Assembly: GCA_045639065.1 (NCBI GenBank) | Contig: JAZUCK010000017.1 | Span: 5,752 to 69,751 of the forward strand | From: Alphaproteobacteria bacterium | Lineage (GTDB): Bacteria; Pseudomonadota; Alphaproteobacteria; RF32; CAG-239 | Direction: 5' to 3' | Length of the DNA stretch: 64,000 nucleotides | In this document: positions 9,693 to 24,603 of the stretch, one piece after another | Numbering within the stretch: position 1 is the first letter of the stretch | How the letters are laid out: the number at the start of each line of letters is the position of its first letter | Notes under the pieces: model-generated | What the model was told of the DNA's origin: nothing | Database searches by the model: none | Seen by the model: the letters and a program-made list of their open reading frames with translations, nothing else | Translations under genes and position numbers: made by a program

Positions 9693-11210
9693 TTATTCTT
9701 CTTCGAACCAGTGAGCACGAGCTGCCATAATAACTTTTTCAGCTTCTTTGACAGACAATGTGTCTTCACCTAAAATTTCGATAAGTTCGTCGGTTGCTAA
9801 ATCACCCAAATCGTCAACATTGCGAATATTGGCATTAGCAAGAGCCAAAAGCATATCTTTATCCAAACCTTCGATAGCTTGAAGTTTTTCATCAATACCC
9901 AAAGATTTGCTCTTTAATTCGAATTCTTTGTTGCGATTTTCAACATATTCTTTAGCACGAGATTGCAATTCTTGAGCAACTTCTTCATCAAAACCTTCGA
10001 TTTCTGACAATTCGCTCAAGTCAACCATAGCAACTTCGTCAACATTTGAGAAGCCTTCAGCGATAAGTAAATGAGCAATCATTTCATCAACGTCCAAAGC
10101 TTCCATAAATCTTTGTGAACGAACTTTGTTTTCGTTAGAGCGACGTTCTTGTTCCTGTTCTTCGGTCAAGACATCAATATCACAACCTAGTAACAAAGAG
10201 GCCAATCTTACGTTTTGACCGCGACGACCAATAGCTAATGAGAATTGTTCTTGTGGAACAACTGCTTCAATACGATTGTTTTCTTCATCAATTACAACCT
10301 TGGTTACTTCGGCCGGAGACAAAGCAGAAACCATATATTGAGCTTTGTCTTCAGAATAAGGAACAATATCAACTCTTTCGCCTTGCAGTTCGTTAGTAAC
10401 AGCTTGAACACGAATACCTCTTAAGCCTACGCAAGAGCCGACTGCATCAATAGTTACATCATCTGTTTTAACGGCAATTTTAGCTTTTGAGCCCGGATCA
10501 CGTGCAACCCCCATAATTTGAATGATACCATCGTAAATTTCAGGCACTTCAGATGTAAACAACTTAGCCAAAAACTCAGGACATGTACGAGACAAGAAAA
10601 TTTGCGGTCCTTTGTTTTCTCTTCTTACATCAAGAACATAAGCTCTAATTCTGTCGCCAACTTTAAATTTTTCTCTCGGGATAATTTCTTCACGACGCAA
10701 AACAGCTTCGGTCTTGCCAATATCAACAGTAATGCTGTTAAATTCAACACGTTTAACTGTTCCGTTGATGATTGTACCGATTTTTTCTTTATATTCTTCA
10801 AATTGTTTGTTACGTTCAGCGTCACGAACCTTTTGAACAATAACTTGCTTGGCTGTTTGAGCGGCAATACGTCCGAAATCAATCGGAGGTAGGGCGTCAA
10901 TGATGAATTCGCCAACTTTTATATCGGGATTATATGCTTGTGCTTCATCTAAGAAAAGTTGTGTTGTTTCGTTTTCTTTTGTTTCATCATCAGCAATAAC
11001 TTCGCGATAACGGGCAAGAGAAATTGCACCTGTTTTTCTGTCGATGTGAGCTCTGATGTCATGTTCTGTACCATATTTTGAGCGAGCAGACTTTTGAATG
11101 GCAACTTCCATTGCTTCCAAAACATCTTCTTTATCAATATTTTTTTCTCTGGCTACAGTGTCGGCAACCAAAATTATTTCCGGTCTTGGCATATTTTCTT
11201 GTGTTTGCAT
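9693..11210 (-). CDS. nusA: Transcription termination/antitermination factor NusA
   Basis: 505 aa. N-terminal domain, S1 and two KH domains (GSCVGLRGIRVQAV, AIGRRGQNVRLAS), plus C-terminal HhH acidic repeats. Confidence 0.97.
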   Translation of the reverse strand: MQTQENMPRPEIILVADTVAREKNIDKEDVLEAMEVAIQKSARSKYGTEHDIRAHIDRKTGAISLARYREVIADDETKENETTQLFLDEAQAYNPDIKVGEFIIDALPPIDFGRIAAQTAKQVIVQKVRDAERNKQFEEYKEKIGTIINGTVKRVEFNSITVDIGKTEAVLRREEIIPREKFKVGDRIRAYVLDVRRENKGPQIFLSRTCPEFLAKLFTSEVPEIYDGIIQIMGVARDPGSKAKIAVKTDDVTIDAVGSCVGLRGIRVQAVTNELQGERVDIVPYSEDKAQYMVSALSPAEVTKVVIDEENNRIEAVVPQEQFSLAIGRRGQNVRLASLLLGCDIDVLTEEQEQERRSNENKVRSQRFMEALDVDEMIAHLLIAEGFSNVDEVAMVDLSELSEIEGFDEEVAQELQSRAKEYVENRNKEFELKSKSLGIDEKLQAIEGLDKDMLLALANANIRNVDDLGDLATDELIEILGEDTLSVKEAEKVIMAARAHWFEEE

Positions 11211-11249
11211 TTTTTCCTCTAAATATTCAAATTAAGGTTAGTACAAAAT

Positions 11250-11753
11250 TTATTGTTCATCTTCTTGAGCATTGGCAACATATTCGTCCCAAAGCTCATC
11301 GGTTAAAACCAACTTGGCTTTACTGACAGAATCAAAAGGAATCGAGTATTCTTTTTCATCCATCAAAAATAGGATTGTGTTATCGTCTTTAAGAGCGACA
11401 ATTTTACCCTTAAATCTTTTACGGCCTTCGATAGAATCTGAAGTCTCAACCTTAGCCTCATATCCGCTGAAACGCGAAAAATGCTCGGGCTTTGTTAAAG
11501 GACGATCAATGCCGGGAGAGCTTACTTCTAATGAATATTCACTTTCTATCGGGTCTTTTTCATCTAAAATCGCCGATACCGCACGGCTGACACTGGCACA
11601 GTCGTCAACAACTAAATTTTTGCGATCTTGGCGCTCTATCATGATTTGTAAGGTCGGTCTTTGTGCGCCGGTTAAAAGTATTCTTACAACCTCAAAACCC
11701 ATGCTTTCTATAGTAGGAGCGACCATATCATATATAGGGTGTTTTTCTTGCAT
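11250..11753 (-). CDS. rimP: Ribosome maturation factor RimP
   Basis: 167 aa immediately upstream of nusA. The LEVSSPGIDRPL motif is present. Confidence 0.9.
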   Translation of the reverse strand: MQEKHPIYDMVAPTIESMGFEVVRILLTGAQRPTLQIMIERQDRKNLVVDDCASVSRAVSAILDEKDPIESEYSLEVSSPGIDRPLTKPEHFSRFSGYEAKVETSDSIEGRKRFKGKIVALKDDNTILFLMDEKEYSIPFDSVSKAKLVLTDELWDEYVANAQEDEQ

Positions 11754-11893
11754 TTAGTTTCTCTTTCGCTAAACAAAAAGCGGAGCTTTTGGGCTCCACT
11801 TCACATTATTCACATCTAATATGTGAGTACATATAACATAAAAAAAATAAAAATCCAGTATTTTTTTGTGTTATCTTAAATTTTTACGAATAG

Positions 11894-13000
11894 TTATCCG
11901 TCTTCTAAGTGAAGAAGTAAAGATATACCAATAAGCATTGCAATTGCAGTTGGAGCCATTACAGCTAAACAAACAGGTATGTTTCCGCTTACTCCCATGG
12001 CATAAACTACTTGTGTTAAAAAGTAAGCACTAAAGCCGGTAACTATACCTCCGACAATTAAATACATAACACCGCCTCGACGATTGTTGGGTCGAAGTGC
12101 AAAAACAGCAGCCATCAAAACCATAGAAACCAAAAATAATGGAGATATTATTAATGACCAAAGGCGTATTTGTTGTCTTTCAACGGCGAATCCGGATTTT
12201 TCGTAAAATTTGATAATTCTAGGTAAATCCCAAAAAGAAATTGCTTCAAGATCGGTAAAGTTTTCTTCGATTTTGTTTATATCCAATGATGTCGGGTACT
12301 GTAAGTTGTTTTTGAATTCAGTAGGTTTGCCACCGACATAAATTTTTACGTCACGAAGGTCAAAATAACCATCTTTTAACACGCCAACAAAAGCCTCAAT
12401 TCTTTTTATGGGCTGAGTTCTTTTATCCAACTCAAGAATAGTCATTCCTCTTAATAAAAGTTGCTTGTTTTCAGGATGAAGCGAGTGAGCGTTTAACACC
12501 ATGACGTTATCATCGTTAATTGCTTCTCTAATCCAAAGACCGTGATCGGAAAAAGACATTGCTTGCATATTCTTGGTATCCATTCGTCTTTCCAATGTTT
12601 CAAATAGAGCGTACAAATTAGCGGATAACGGGTTTATCATGGTAACGTTTATTATGCCGACAACAAGCGTAGCTATGCATACAGGTGTTAAAAATCCCCA
12701 TATAGATAATCCTGCTGCACGCATAACAACAAATTCACTGGTCTTGCTTAAGCGCCAAAAAGTAATCATGGCAGCTATCATCATTACAAAAGGAAATACT
12801 TGTTCGGCTGTTTTAGGCAGGCGTGCAATAGCAAGTTGAAAGGCAAACCATATACCAAAATCAGGATTTCCTGATATACGGCGTAATCTTTCGACCATTT
12901 CAAACAAAAAGATAATACCTAAAATTACAAGTAAAACACCGATAAAATTAAGTATCAGTTGTTTGGTAAGATATTTTCCCAGTATTGAATTTGGTTTCAT
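11894..13000 (-). CDS. lptG: LPS export ABC transporter permease LptG (YjgP/YjgQ family)
   Basis: Multi-TM protein with ...IFLFEMVERLRRISG...FVVMRAAGLSIWGF. I set the start at ATG 13000 (MKPNSILGKYL). The track start at 13030 is a TTG. Confidence 0.85.
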   Translation of the reverse strand: MKPNSILGKYLTKQLILNFIGVLLVILGIIFLFEMVERLRRISGNPDFGIWFAFQLAIARLPKTAEQVFPFVMMIAAMITFWRLSKTSEFVVMRAAGLSIWGFLTPVCIATLVVGIINVTMINPLSANLYALFETLERRMDTKNMQAMSFSDHGLWIREAINDDNVMVLNAHSLHPENKQLLLRGMTILELDKRTQPIKRIEAFVGVLKDGYFDLRDVKIYVGGKPTEFKNNLQYPTSLDINKIEENFTDLEAISFWDLPRIIKFYEKSGFAVERQQIRLWSLIISPLFLVSMVLMAAVFALRPNNRRGGVMYLIVGGIVTGFSAYFLTQVVYAMGVSGNIPVCLAVMAPTAIAMLIGISLLLHLEDG

Positions 13001-13079
13001 AAAAAAATCTCTGTTGGTTTTATTTATCAAAGACTATGCAAAAAAGCTGATTATTGCAAGCAAAATATCTTAAAGCTGT

Positions 13080-14000
13080 TTAGAGTTCGGATAAATAGTT
13101 GGTAATGGCATCAGGCAAAATAACCACAATGTTTTTATTTTTGAACTCTTCACGTGAAGCTATATCAACACAGGCTACAAAAGCAGCTCCGGAAGATATG
13201 CCAATAGGTAGTCCTTCGGTTTGGGCAATAGCTCTGGCCATATCCCATGCGTCTTCACTTGATACGTCGTAAACTTCATTTACTAATTCTTTTTTATATA
13301 GTGGAGGAATAAACCCTGCGCCGATACCGTGAATTTTATGAGCTCCTTTTTTACCATTGTTTAAGACATTGCTTTCTTTAGGCTCAACTGCAACGGTGTA
13401 TAATTCCGGATTTGATGTCTTAAGTGCTTGAGCGACACCGGTTAAAGTGGCTGAAGTACCGACAGTAGCGATTATAACGTCTATATTACCGCCAAGATTA
13501 TTAAGGATTTCTGTTGCGGTACCAAACAGATGAGCATCAATACAACCTTGATTGACAAATTGTTTAAGTAAAATAACTTTATCTGATTTTTTTGCCAACA
13601 TTTCTGCTTTTGCAATAGCTCCATCCATGCCGTCTTCTTTGGGAGTGAGGATTACATCGGCACCAAAGTGTTTTATCATTTTTATTTTTTCTTTTGAAGT
13701 GCCTTCGGGCATAATTAAGAGAGCTTTGAGCTTTTTTGATGCACAAATTCCGGCAATGGCGACACCTATGTTACCGCTGGTTGCTTCTACAAAGATTGTT
13801 TCATCGTCAACTTTTTGAGAAGCGAGTGCATTTTCAATAATCTTTAGTCCGGCGCGGTCTTTAATGGAAAAAAACGGATTATAAAATTCGCACTTGGCAT
13901 AGATATTTGCTTTTAATCCCAATCTTTGTGTCAGATTGTTTATTTTAAGCATTGGGGTATTGCCGATCATTTCTGTTATTGAATTATAAAATTTGTGCAT
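13080..14000 (-). CDS. cysK: Cysteine synthase / O-acetylserine sulfhydrylase (PLP-dependent, CysK/CysM family)
   Basis: 306 aa. Motifs: GNTPMLKIN, NPFFSIKDRAG (PLP-binding lysine) and TSGNIGVAIA. Confidence 0.85.
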   Translation of the reverse strand: MHKFYNSITEMIGNTPMLKINNLTQRLGLKANIYAKCEFYNPFFSIKDRAGLKIIENALASQKVDDETIFVEATSGNIGVAIAGICASKKLKALLIMPEGTSKEKIKMIKHFGADVILTPKEDGMDGAIAKAEMLAKKSDKVILLKQFVNQGCIDAHLFGTATEILNNLGGNIDVIIATVGTSATLTGVAQALKTSNPELYTVAVEPKESNVLNNGKKGAHKIHGIGAGFIPPLYKKELVNEVYDVSSEDAWDMARAIAQTEGLPIGISSGAAFVACVDIASREEFKNKNIVVILPDAITNYLSEL

Positions 14001-14099
14001 TTACATATCCTCAAATTGTTTATAAACACTAAAAATATATAGACCTATATAACAGCAAAATGCTATAATTGCAAACGTTAATTAAACGGGTAAGATTTT

Positions 14100-14669
14100 A
14101 TGAAAAAAGTTTTTGTAATATTATCAATATTGTGTTGTTTATCGGTCTTTGCGCAAAAAAGTTTTGCAACAAGTCTTGATGAGTTGTATCGAGATGTTAT
14201 TCGTTCGGAGAATAACGGTTATTTACCTATGTTTGTTAAAAACCGTAAGGTTCCTATGGTAACTTTGGATGAAGATGACTTAATTCCCGTAAAACCTAAA
14301 GAAACAAAGTCAGTAGAATACAAAGGTGAAATATTAAATCTTACCAATGATGTCAGTGAAAGAGTTAAGGCGGCCAGAGAAAGACAGTTGCAATGGGGAA
14401 AAACTATTGCCGCAATTAAGTCAAATCAAGTAACTCCGATTGAACTTGATGATATTACTACTCGTGCAAAAGAAGAAGATCCGAAAGCCGTAGAAATATT
14501 GGCTTGGATGTATACCAACGGAGTTGGTGTTTCAAAAGATTTTGTTGAAGCTTTTAATTTATACAAAAGAGCGGCGCAACTCAACGTTAACAATGCAGAG
14601 AAAAATGCTATTATAGTCTACAAGTCGATGAACGAAGAGCAACGCCGCCGTATTAAAAATAAACTTTAG
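14100..14669 (+). CDS. Secreted Sel1-repeat (TPR-like) protein
   Basis: 189 aa. Signal peptide MKKVFVILSILCCLSVFAQKSFA and a Sel1-like repeat AVEILAWMYTNGVGVSKDFVEAFNLYKRAAQ. Confidence 0.7.
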   Translation: MKKVFVILSILCCLSVFAQKSFATSLDELYRDVIRSENNGYLPMFVKNRKVPMVTLDEDDLIPVKPKETKSVEYKGEILNLTNDVSERVKAARERQLQWGKTIAAIKSNQVTPIELDDITTRAKEEDPKAVEILAWMYTNGVGVSKDFVEAFNLYKRAAQLNVNNAEKNAIIVYKSMNEEQRRRIKNKL

Positions 14670-15331
14670 GCTTCTTCTTGAGCTTCTTTTACCAATTCTT
14701 TTACAAAGCCCTTTAAGCCAACTTGGCGCACACGTTTCATGCGTTCGCCTGAGATAATTTTTTGGATTTTTGTAACGGTTTCTTGTAAGTTTACATTTAC
14801 GATTACATAATCAAATTCGTTCCAGTGGCTTATTTTATCTAAGATAATTCCCATGCGTTTTTCAATAACTTCTTTGCTGTCGGTACCACGACCTTCTAGG
14901 CGTTTGCGAAGTTCTTTGACAGAAGGAGGAAGAAGGTAAATGGTTACTACGTCATCACCGGCTTTTTTACGCATTTGTCTGGCACCGGCCCAGTCCATAT
15001 CAAACAACACATCTTGACCGACGTTAATAAAACTGTCTACTTCGGAACGCAAGGTGCCATAACGTGAACCATATTGAGAATCGACATATTCATAAAAAGC
15101 ATCTTGTGCCATAAATTCGTTATATTGCTCGTCGGTTACAAAGTAATAGTCAACACCTTCGACTTCGCCTTCGCGGGGTTGGCGAGTTGTTACCGACACT
15201 GAAAACTTGATGTTATCATCAGCTTTTAACAGTTCTTTGATAACGGTTCCTTTGCCTGTGCCGGAAGGAGCTTCGATTATAAACATAGCACCTTTGCGGA
15301 CTTTGCGTAAGCGATCGATAATTTCATCCAT
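14666..15331 (-). CDS. gmk: Guanylate kinase
   Basis: 221 aa. P-loop APSGTGKGT plus TTRQPREGEVEGVDYYFV. Confidence 0.9.
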   Translation of the reverse strand: MDEIIDRLRKVRKGAMFIIEAPSGTGKGTVIKELLKADDNIKFSVSVTTRQPREGEVEGVDYYFVTDEQYNEFMAQDAFYEYVDSQYGSRYGTLRSEVDSFINVGQDVLFDMDWAGARQMRKKAGDDVVTIYLLPPSVKELRKRLEGRGTDSKEVIEKRMGIILDKISHWNEFDYVIVNVNLQETVTKIQKIISGERMKRVRQVGLKGFVKELVKEAQEEA

Positions 15332-15345
15332 AATATAAAACTCCT

Positions 15346-16245
15346 TTATTCAATATTTTGTACTTGTTCTCTAAACTGCTCGATAAGAGCTTTTAATTCC
15401 ATACCCATATTGGTAATAGCAATGTCGGAGGCTTTTGAGCAAGTGGTATTAGCCTCACGATTGAGTTCTTGGCATAAGAAGTCAAGACGTCTTCCGACCG
15501 CTTCATCAGCTTCTAAGAGATTATATGCTGATTTTATATGAGTTTTCAAGCGATCAATTTCTTCTTTAATATCTGCACGAGTAATAAGAAGAACGATTTC
15601 CTGAGCTAAGCGATCTTCCGTAATATTTACATCATCGGAAAGATTTTTTATTTGAGTTAGTAATTTTTCTTTTAATTTTTCGGGCAAAGTTTCAAATATT
15701 TTTTCGATATTTGAGGTTATGTCGCTGATTTTTTCTAGAATAGCTGCAAGAGCGTTTTTGATTTTTGCGCCTTCTTTTCGGCGATCTGATTGCAGGTTTT
15801 GACAAGCAACGGCAAAATCGGCAAATATTTTATCTTTTAGGGTTTGCATATCCTCGTCGCTTAGGGCGTTGTCATCTAATTCGACAACACCTCGTTGTGA
15901 CAAAAGTTCTCCGGCCGTGGCCATGGGAATTTCGGGATATTTTTGACACAAAGAAATAGCTTTAGCGGCCAGTTCATTGAGCAAATTTTCATCTATTTTT
16001 ATGTTTTTGGTTAAGTTTTCGGTGCTAACTTCCAAAAAAGCGCTGACACTTCCGCGATGTAAGATTTCTGAAGCTTTGTTTTTTAAGCTCATTGATAAAT
16101 CGTCAAAGCCACTTGGCAGTCTTAATTTTAAATCCAAACTTTTACCGTTAACGCTTTTTATTTCCCAGGTCCAAGAGATGTTATTTTGGCCTAAGGATAT
16201 ATTTCCGTTAGTCCTTGCAAAGCCGGTCATACTTGCTATACTCAA
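15346..16245 (-). CDS. yicC: YicC-family stress-induced protein
   Basis: 299 aa. SMTGFAR at the N-terminus and LDFLCQELNREANTTCSKA near the C-terminus. Apparent TTG start. Confidence 0.85.
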   Translation of the reverse strand: MSIASMTGFARTNGNISLGQNNISWTWEIKSVNGKSLDLKLRLPSGFDDLSMSLKNKASEILHRGSVSAFLEVSTENLTKNIKIDENLLNELAAKAISLCQKYPEIPMATAGELLSQRGVVELDDNALSDEDMQTLKDKIFADFAVACQNLQSDRRKEGAKIKNALAAILEKISDITSNIEKIFETLPEKLKEKLLTQIKNLSDDVNITEDRLAQEIVLLITRADIKEEIDRLKTHIKSAYNLLEADEAVGRRLDFLCQELNREANTTCSKASDIAITNMGMELKALIEQFREQVQNIE

Positions 16246-16321
16246 AGTACAAACTCCTCAAATGTTAGAATTTTGAGTGCATTATAAATAAAAAAGCTTA
16301 ATAAGTTTTTAAGGAAAAGAG

Positions 16322-17083
16322 ATGAAAAAATTTAATCATGTTTTAATTACCGGTGCGTCGTCGGGAATCGGTGAGGCTTTGGCAATTCACTATGCAAAAT
16401 CAGGCGTAAAATTGCTGTCATTATGTGGCAGAAATGAAGAAAGACTGAACAAGACAGCCGAAGAATGTCGTAAGTTGGGCGCCGAAGTTGATACAAGAAT
16501 CGTAGATGTCGCAGATAAAGACACAGTTGAGACGTGGGTAAAAGAAGCTAATGAAAAAATGCCTTTGAACTTGGTTTTTGCAAATGCCGGTGTAGCAACT
16601 TTAGAAGAAACATCGGAAAACGTACGTCGTACTTTTAATATTAACGTTATGGGCGTGGTAAATACGGTTTTGCCGACAATAGAATTATTTAAAAAAGCTC
16701 CGGCCGAACAATTAAAACACATAGCTATTACTTCTTCGATTGCCGGCTATCATGGGATGCCGACTTGTCCGTCATATTCGGCAACTAAGGCAGGCGTAAA
16801 AGCTTGGGGTGAGGGATTACGATTGGCTTTAGCACCTTTGGGTATTAGAGTTTCGACAATTTGTCCTGGATTCATACGTTCACGGATTACCGATAAAAAT
16901 ACTTGCCCAATGCCTTATTTTATGGAAGCTGACAAGGCGGCAGAGATAATAGCTAAACGCATAGAAAAAAATGTCGGATTGATAGCTTTCCCGTGGCAAA
17001 TGCGATTGGCTACTTGGTTGGGTTCTATTTTACCTAACAGAATAAGCGATTTTATTTATTCTAAATTGCCTTATAAGGTTTAG
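16322..17083 (+). CDS. Short-chain dehydrogenase/reductase (SDR) family oxidoreductase
   Basis: 253 aa. ITGASSGIGEA Rossmann motif and YSATKAGVKAW catalytic motif. Confidence 0.85.
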   Translation: MKKFNHVLITGASSGIGEALAIHYAKSGVKLLSLCGRNEERLNKTAEECRKLGAEVDTRIVDVADKDTVETWVKEANEKMPLNLVFANAGVATLEETSENVRRTFNINVMGVVNTVLPTIELFKKAPAEQLKHIAITSSIAGYHGMPTCPSYSATKAGVKAWGEGLRLALAPLGIRVSTICPGFIRSRITDKNTCPMPYFMEADKAAEIIAKRIEKNVGLIAFPWQMRLATWLGSILPNRISDFIYSKLPYKV

Positions 17084-18318
17084 CGATTGCGAATAGCTTT
17101 TACTTTTATCAGATAATATAAAATTATCATTCCTGGTAGAGACATTAAGGTTGTGATAATAAAGAAATTTTGCCATGACAGAATATGTGCTACGAAACCG
17201 GAAGAGGCGGAGAATAAATCGCGAGCCGCACCCATAAATGATGATAATAAGGCATATTGGGTTGCGGTATATTTTTTGTTGCAAAGAGCTGATAAATAAG
17301 CAACAAAGGCAGCCGTTCCCATACCTCCTGAGATATTTTCGATAAAGATATTTATCATCAAAACAGGGGCATTATTTCCGGCATATACTTGTCCGACATA
17401 AACAAGGTTTGACAAGCCTTGTAAAATTCCGCAAACAAAAAGGGCGCGAGCCAAACCGATACGATTAACAACGACACCACCGACAAGGGTTCCTAAAATT
17501 GTGGCAATTACGCCGTATATTTTAATAATTGAGGCTATTTGAATTTTGGTAAATCCGATGTCGTCAAAAAACGGATAGGCCATTGGTGCAACATAAGCGT
17601 CGCTCATGCGATAAAAGAAGATAAACAGCAAAATAAGCAACCATTTATCACGTTTCATAAAGTCGGAAAAAGGCTTTATAACGGCATTGACGATTATTGC
17701 TCTGATTGTGTAAGGTTTTGAAGCTTTGTTGTTTTTGGGTTCTGATGAAAACAATATGGTGATAAGCCCGATAACAACGCCTAAGGCCATAATCAGATAC
17801 ACATAAGACCATGATACTATCGAGGCCAAAAATAAAGCTCCGGCACCGGAAAATAACAGACCAAAACGGTAACCTAGGACAAATACGGCAACACCGGCGC
17901 CTTGCTCTTTAGAATTAAATTTTTCGATACGATAAGCATCTAAGACAATATCTTGTGAAGCGGAAAACAATGCAACCATAAATACGAATACGACAAACAT
18001 CATTGGAGATAAGGTCGGGTCGGTTAGAGCTGTATAAATGAGTGATAAAATCAATAAAATTTGTAAAAAAACAGCCCATCCTCTGCGGCGACCGAGTTTT
18101 GAAAAAAACGGCAAGGAATATTGGTCGATAATAGGTGATAACAGCCACTTAAAACTATAAGGAGCTTTTACTAAAGAAAATAAACCGATTGCAGTAAGAG
18201 ATATTCCGACATCTTTTAACCAAAGCGATAATGTTGATGAAACAAGTAAAAACGGCAGTCCTGAGACAAAACCTAATAGCAACATGACGAGCATTCGTCT
18301 GTCGGCATAAATTTTCAT
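17080..18318 (-). CDS. ampG: AmpG-family muropeptide MFS permease
   Basis: About 12 TM segments. N-terminus MKIYADRRMLVMLLLGFVSGLPF is AmpG-like. I set the start at ATG 18318. The track start at 18387 is a TTG. Confidence 0.85.
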   Translation of the reverse strand: MKIYADRRMLVMLLLGFVSGLPFLLVSSTLSLWLKDVGISLTAIGLFSLVKAPYSFKWLLSPIIDQYSLPFFSKLGRRRGWAVFLQILLILSLIYTALTDPTLSPMMFVVFVFMVALFSASQDIVLDAYRIEKFNSKEQGAGVAVFVLGYRFGLLFSGAGALFLASIVSWSYVYLIMALGVVIGLITILFSSEPKNNKASKPYTIRAIIVNAVIKPFSDFMKRDKWLLILLFIFFYRMSDAYVAPMAYPFFDDIGFTKIQIASIIKIYGVIATILGTLVGGVVVNRIGLARALFVCGILQGLSNLVYVGQVYAGNNAPVLMINIFIENISGGMGTAAFVAYLSALCNKKYTATQYALLSSFMGAARDLFSASSGFVAHILSWQNFFIITTLMSLPGMIILYYLIKVKAIRNR

Positions 18319-18417
18319 GGATTTAAGCCATTTTTTCAATGAAAAACTCCTTTGGCAGATATTGTATGATACGAGTTTATCTGTCAAAGGATAATATTTA
18401 ATTAAGATAAGCTAATT

Positions 18418-21774
<3,357 letters not shown>

Positions 21775-22014
21775 CAACAAACCCAATAAACCAAATATTT
21801 CGCAATCAGTCATAGATTGCAAATTTTCAATAATATTATATGTAATAATTTAATACTTTGCAATAGATTTTAAGGGGTTGATGATAGTTTATGTCATTTT
21901 TCGATGTGCGCTATGTGTTACATCGTCAAGGAATCTTATCTTTGCGTCAGCGCTAATTATATTAAAAAAAGTAGAATATTCTTTGACCTCACTTTGTTCA
22001 AAGGAATGACTTAA

Positions 22015-22055
22015 ATAAAAACCACCCTGCAATTAATACAGGGTGGCCTTTTTTT
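22015..22055. terminator. Bidirectional intrinsic terminator downstream of pnp
   Basis: AAAAA-CCACCCTG-caattaata-CAGGGTGG-ccTTTTTTT. Confidence 0.75.
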
Positions 22056-22072
22056 AACTATTGACTAAGATA

Positions 22073-24193
22073 TTATTTTTCTAAATCTTCGCCGTTTTCT
22101 TGGTTTACTCTCTTGGCAGAAAGTTTAATCTTGCCACGATTGTCTGCGCCAAGGCATTTTACCCAAATTTGATCACCTTCTTTGTAGAAGTCTGAAACTG
22201 AGGCAATACGCTCGTTTTTAACTTCGGAAATGTGAACCAAACCTTCGGTTGTGCCAAGGAAGCGGACAAATGCACCAAAGTCCATAATTTTGGTAATGGT
22301 ACCATGATAAATTTTGCCCATTTCAGGTTCGGCAACAATACCCATAATCCATTCCAAAGCTGCGTCGCCGTCTTCTTTTTTCATAGAAGCAATTTTTACA
22401 ACGCCGTCATCGGTAATGTCAATTTTGGTATGGGTGGTTTCGACAATTTCTCTGATTACTTTACCGCCTGTTCCGATAACTTCACGAATTTTGTCTGTCG
22501 GAATCTTGATAGCAACAATGCGAGGAGCTTTGTCTGAAACATTTGGTCTTGGTTCAGAAATTGCTTTTGCCATTTCGCCTAAGATGTGGATACGGCCTTC
22601 GTGGGCTTGATGAAGGGCTTTTTCCATAATTTCTTTGGTAATAGATGTGATTTTGATATCCATTTGAAGTGCTGTTACACCGTCTTTTGTGCCGGCTACT
22701 TTGAAGTCCATGTCGCCGAGGTGGTCTTCGTCACCCAAGATATCGGTCAAAACTGCAACTCTGCCGTCGTCTTCCTTAATTAAGCCCATGGCAATACCGG
22801 CAACAGGTTTTATCATTGGTACACCGGCTGACATTAAAGACATGGTAGTACCGCAAACAGTTGCCATAGAAGATGAGCCGTTTGATTCCATGATTTCAGA
22901 TACAACGCGGATTGTATAAGGGAAGGCGTCTTTGTCTTTTGGCATCATCGGGTGAATAGCACGCCATGCTAATTTTCCGTGACCGATTTCACGACGTCCC
23001 GGAGAACCCAAGCGACCACATTCGCCGACTGAGAACGGTGGGAAGTTGTAGTTTAACATAAAGTCTTGTTTTGATTCATCAAATAAACCGTCGATGATTT
23101 GTGCGTCTTCGCCTGTGCCCAAGGTGGTTACTACCAAAGCTTGAGTTTCGCCGCGTGTAAACAAAGCAGAACCGTGTGTTGTGGGCAAAACGTCTACTTG
23201 GCATTGGATAGGACGAACGGTTTTGGTATCACGTCCGTCAATACGGCGACCGGTAGTTAAAACTTTTTCGCGTACAACTTTGTGCATCAATTTTTCGATA
23301 ACATCGAGGATGTAACGATTTTCAAACTCGTTTTCAGGGTCGATAGTTGCTTTTACTTCTTCTGAAACTTGACCGACCAATGTACCGCGAGCAAGTTTGT
23401 TGGTTTCTTCAAAAGCTTTGGCATATTTAGCTTCGAACTCTTTTTCTACACGAGCGTACAATTCGTCAAATTCGGCAGGAAATACCGGAGCTTCCCATTG
23501 TTCTTTGCCGGCTTCTTTTTTCAATTCGTTAATCATATCAATAACCGGTTGGAAGCTTTCAAAACCGAACATTACAGCGCCGAGCATGGTTTCTTCAGAC
23601 AACTCGTTGGCTTCGGATTCAACCATTAAAACGCCTTCTTTAGTACCGGCAACAGCCAATTCTAATTCAGATGTCGGTTGTTGTTCCATGGTCGGATTCA
23701 AAATGTATTGACCGTCTTTATAACCGACTTTGGCAGCACCGATAGGTCCTAAGAACGGAATACCCGAAACAGCCAAAGCTGCCGAAGCGGCAATCATGGC
23801 TACAACGTCAGAATCGGTTTGTTTGTCGTGAGCTAATACGGTACATACAACTTGTACTTCGTTTTTAAATGCATCAGGGAAGAGCGGGCGAATAGGTCTG
23901 TCGATAAGACGTGAGATAAGAACTTCGCGTTCTGATGGTTTGCCCTCTCTTTTCATAAAGCCACCCGGAACTTTACCTGTGGCATAGTATTTTTCTTGAT
24001 AGTTTACTGTCAAAGGAAAGAAATCTTGATCTGCCTTTACCTCTTTTGCGGCACAAACTGTACCATGAACTATTGTTTCACCATATGTGACAATTACCGA
24101 ACCGGCTGCTTGTCTTGAAATTTTACCTGTTTCGAGAATGAGTTTTCTTCCGCCCCATTCCATCTCTTTGCGGATTTCGTTAAATTCGATCAT
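22073..24193 (-). CDS. pnp: Polyribonucleotide nucleotidyltransferase (PNPase)
   Basis: 706 aa. Two RNase PH domains plus KH and S1 domains, with motifs such as GRREIGHG and [13 protein letters not shown]. Confidence 0.97.
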   Translation of the reverse strand: MIEFNEIRKEMEWGGRKLILETGKISRQAAGSVIVTYGETIVHGTVCAAKEVKADQDFFPLTVNYQEKYYATGKVPGGFMKREGKPSEREVLISRLIDRPIRPLFPDAFKNEVQVVCTVLAHDKQTDSDVVAMIAASAALAVSGIPFLGPIGAAKVGYKDGQYILNPTMEQQPTSELELAVAGTKEGVLMVESEANELSEETMLGAVMFGFESFQPVIDMINELKKEAGKEQWEAPVFPAEFDELYARVEKEFEAKYAKAFEETNKLARGTLVGQVSEEVKATIDPENEFENRYILDVIEKLMHKVVREKVLTTGRRIDGRDTKTVRPIQCQVDVLPTTHGSALFTRGETQALVVTTLGTGEDAQIIDGLFDESKQDFMLNYNFPPFSVGECGRLGSPGRREIGHGKLAWRAIHPMMPKDKDAFPYTIRVVSEIMESNGSSSMATVCGTTMSLMSAGVPMIKPVAGIAMGLIKEDDGRVAVLTDILGDEDHLGDMDFKVAGTKDGVTALQMDIKITSITKEIMEKALHQAHEGRIHILGEMAKAISEPRPNVSDKAPRIVAIKIPTDKIREVIGTGGKVIREIVETTHTKIDITDDGVVKIASMKKEDGDAALEWIMGIVAEPEMGKIYHGTITKIMDFGAFVRFLGTTEGLVHISEVKNERIASVSDFYKEGDQIWVKCLGADNRGKIKLSAKRVNQENGEDLEK

Positions 24194-24313
24194 ATTTCTT
24201 TACCTTTCATTTTCCATATAACCTCTACCTGCCCCATGCAGGATTTTTATTCACAATTTAAGACAGGTTGCGGAGCTTTTTGAAGAAGCCCCGCAATCTG
24301 TTGTATCTAAATA

Positions 24314-24583
24314 TTATCTTCTGATGTTTAATTTAGAGATAATGTTTTGATATCTTGATTCGTCTTTTGCTTTTAAGTAGTCAAGCAAGTGACGACGACG
24401 AGCAACTTTTTTCATCAAACCAAGACGAGAGTGATTATCTTTGGCATGAGTTTTGAAGTGTTCAATCAAATTGTTGATTTCGGCTGTCCAAATGGCAATT
24501 TGAACTTCCGGAGAACCGGTGTCATTTGCACTTAAGCCATAAGCTTTTACTAATTCTTGTTTTTTTTCATTAGATATCGACAT
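24314..24583 (-). CDS. rpsO: 30S ribosomal protein S15
   Basis: 89 aa: ...[48 protein letters not shown]. Confidence 0.97.
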   Translation of the reverse strand: MSISNEKKQELVKAYGLSANDTGSPEVQIAIWTAEINNLIEHFKTHAKDNHSRLGLMKKVARRRHLLDYLKAKDESRYQNIISKLNIRR

Positions 24584-24603
24584 CTGTTTTTCCTTATATA
24601 AAT

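Noticed and set aside
11272-11757. 161-aa plus-strand ORF. The same applies to 542-1015, 2811-3278, 3616-4131, 36497-37018, 40450-40998, 49912-50328, 62103-62558 and the other track ORFs that overlap annotated genes.
   Set aside because: Each lies antisense to, or out of frame within, a gene with strong family signatures (rimP, lptF, hydB, hydA, murJ, etc.). Their compositions are low-complexity and no independent start signals are present.
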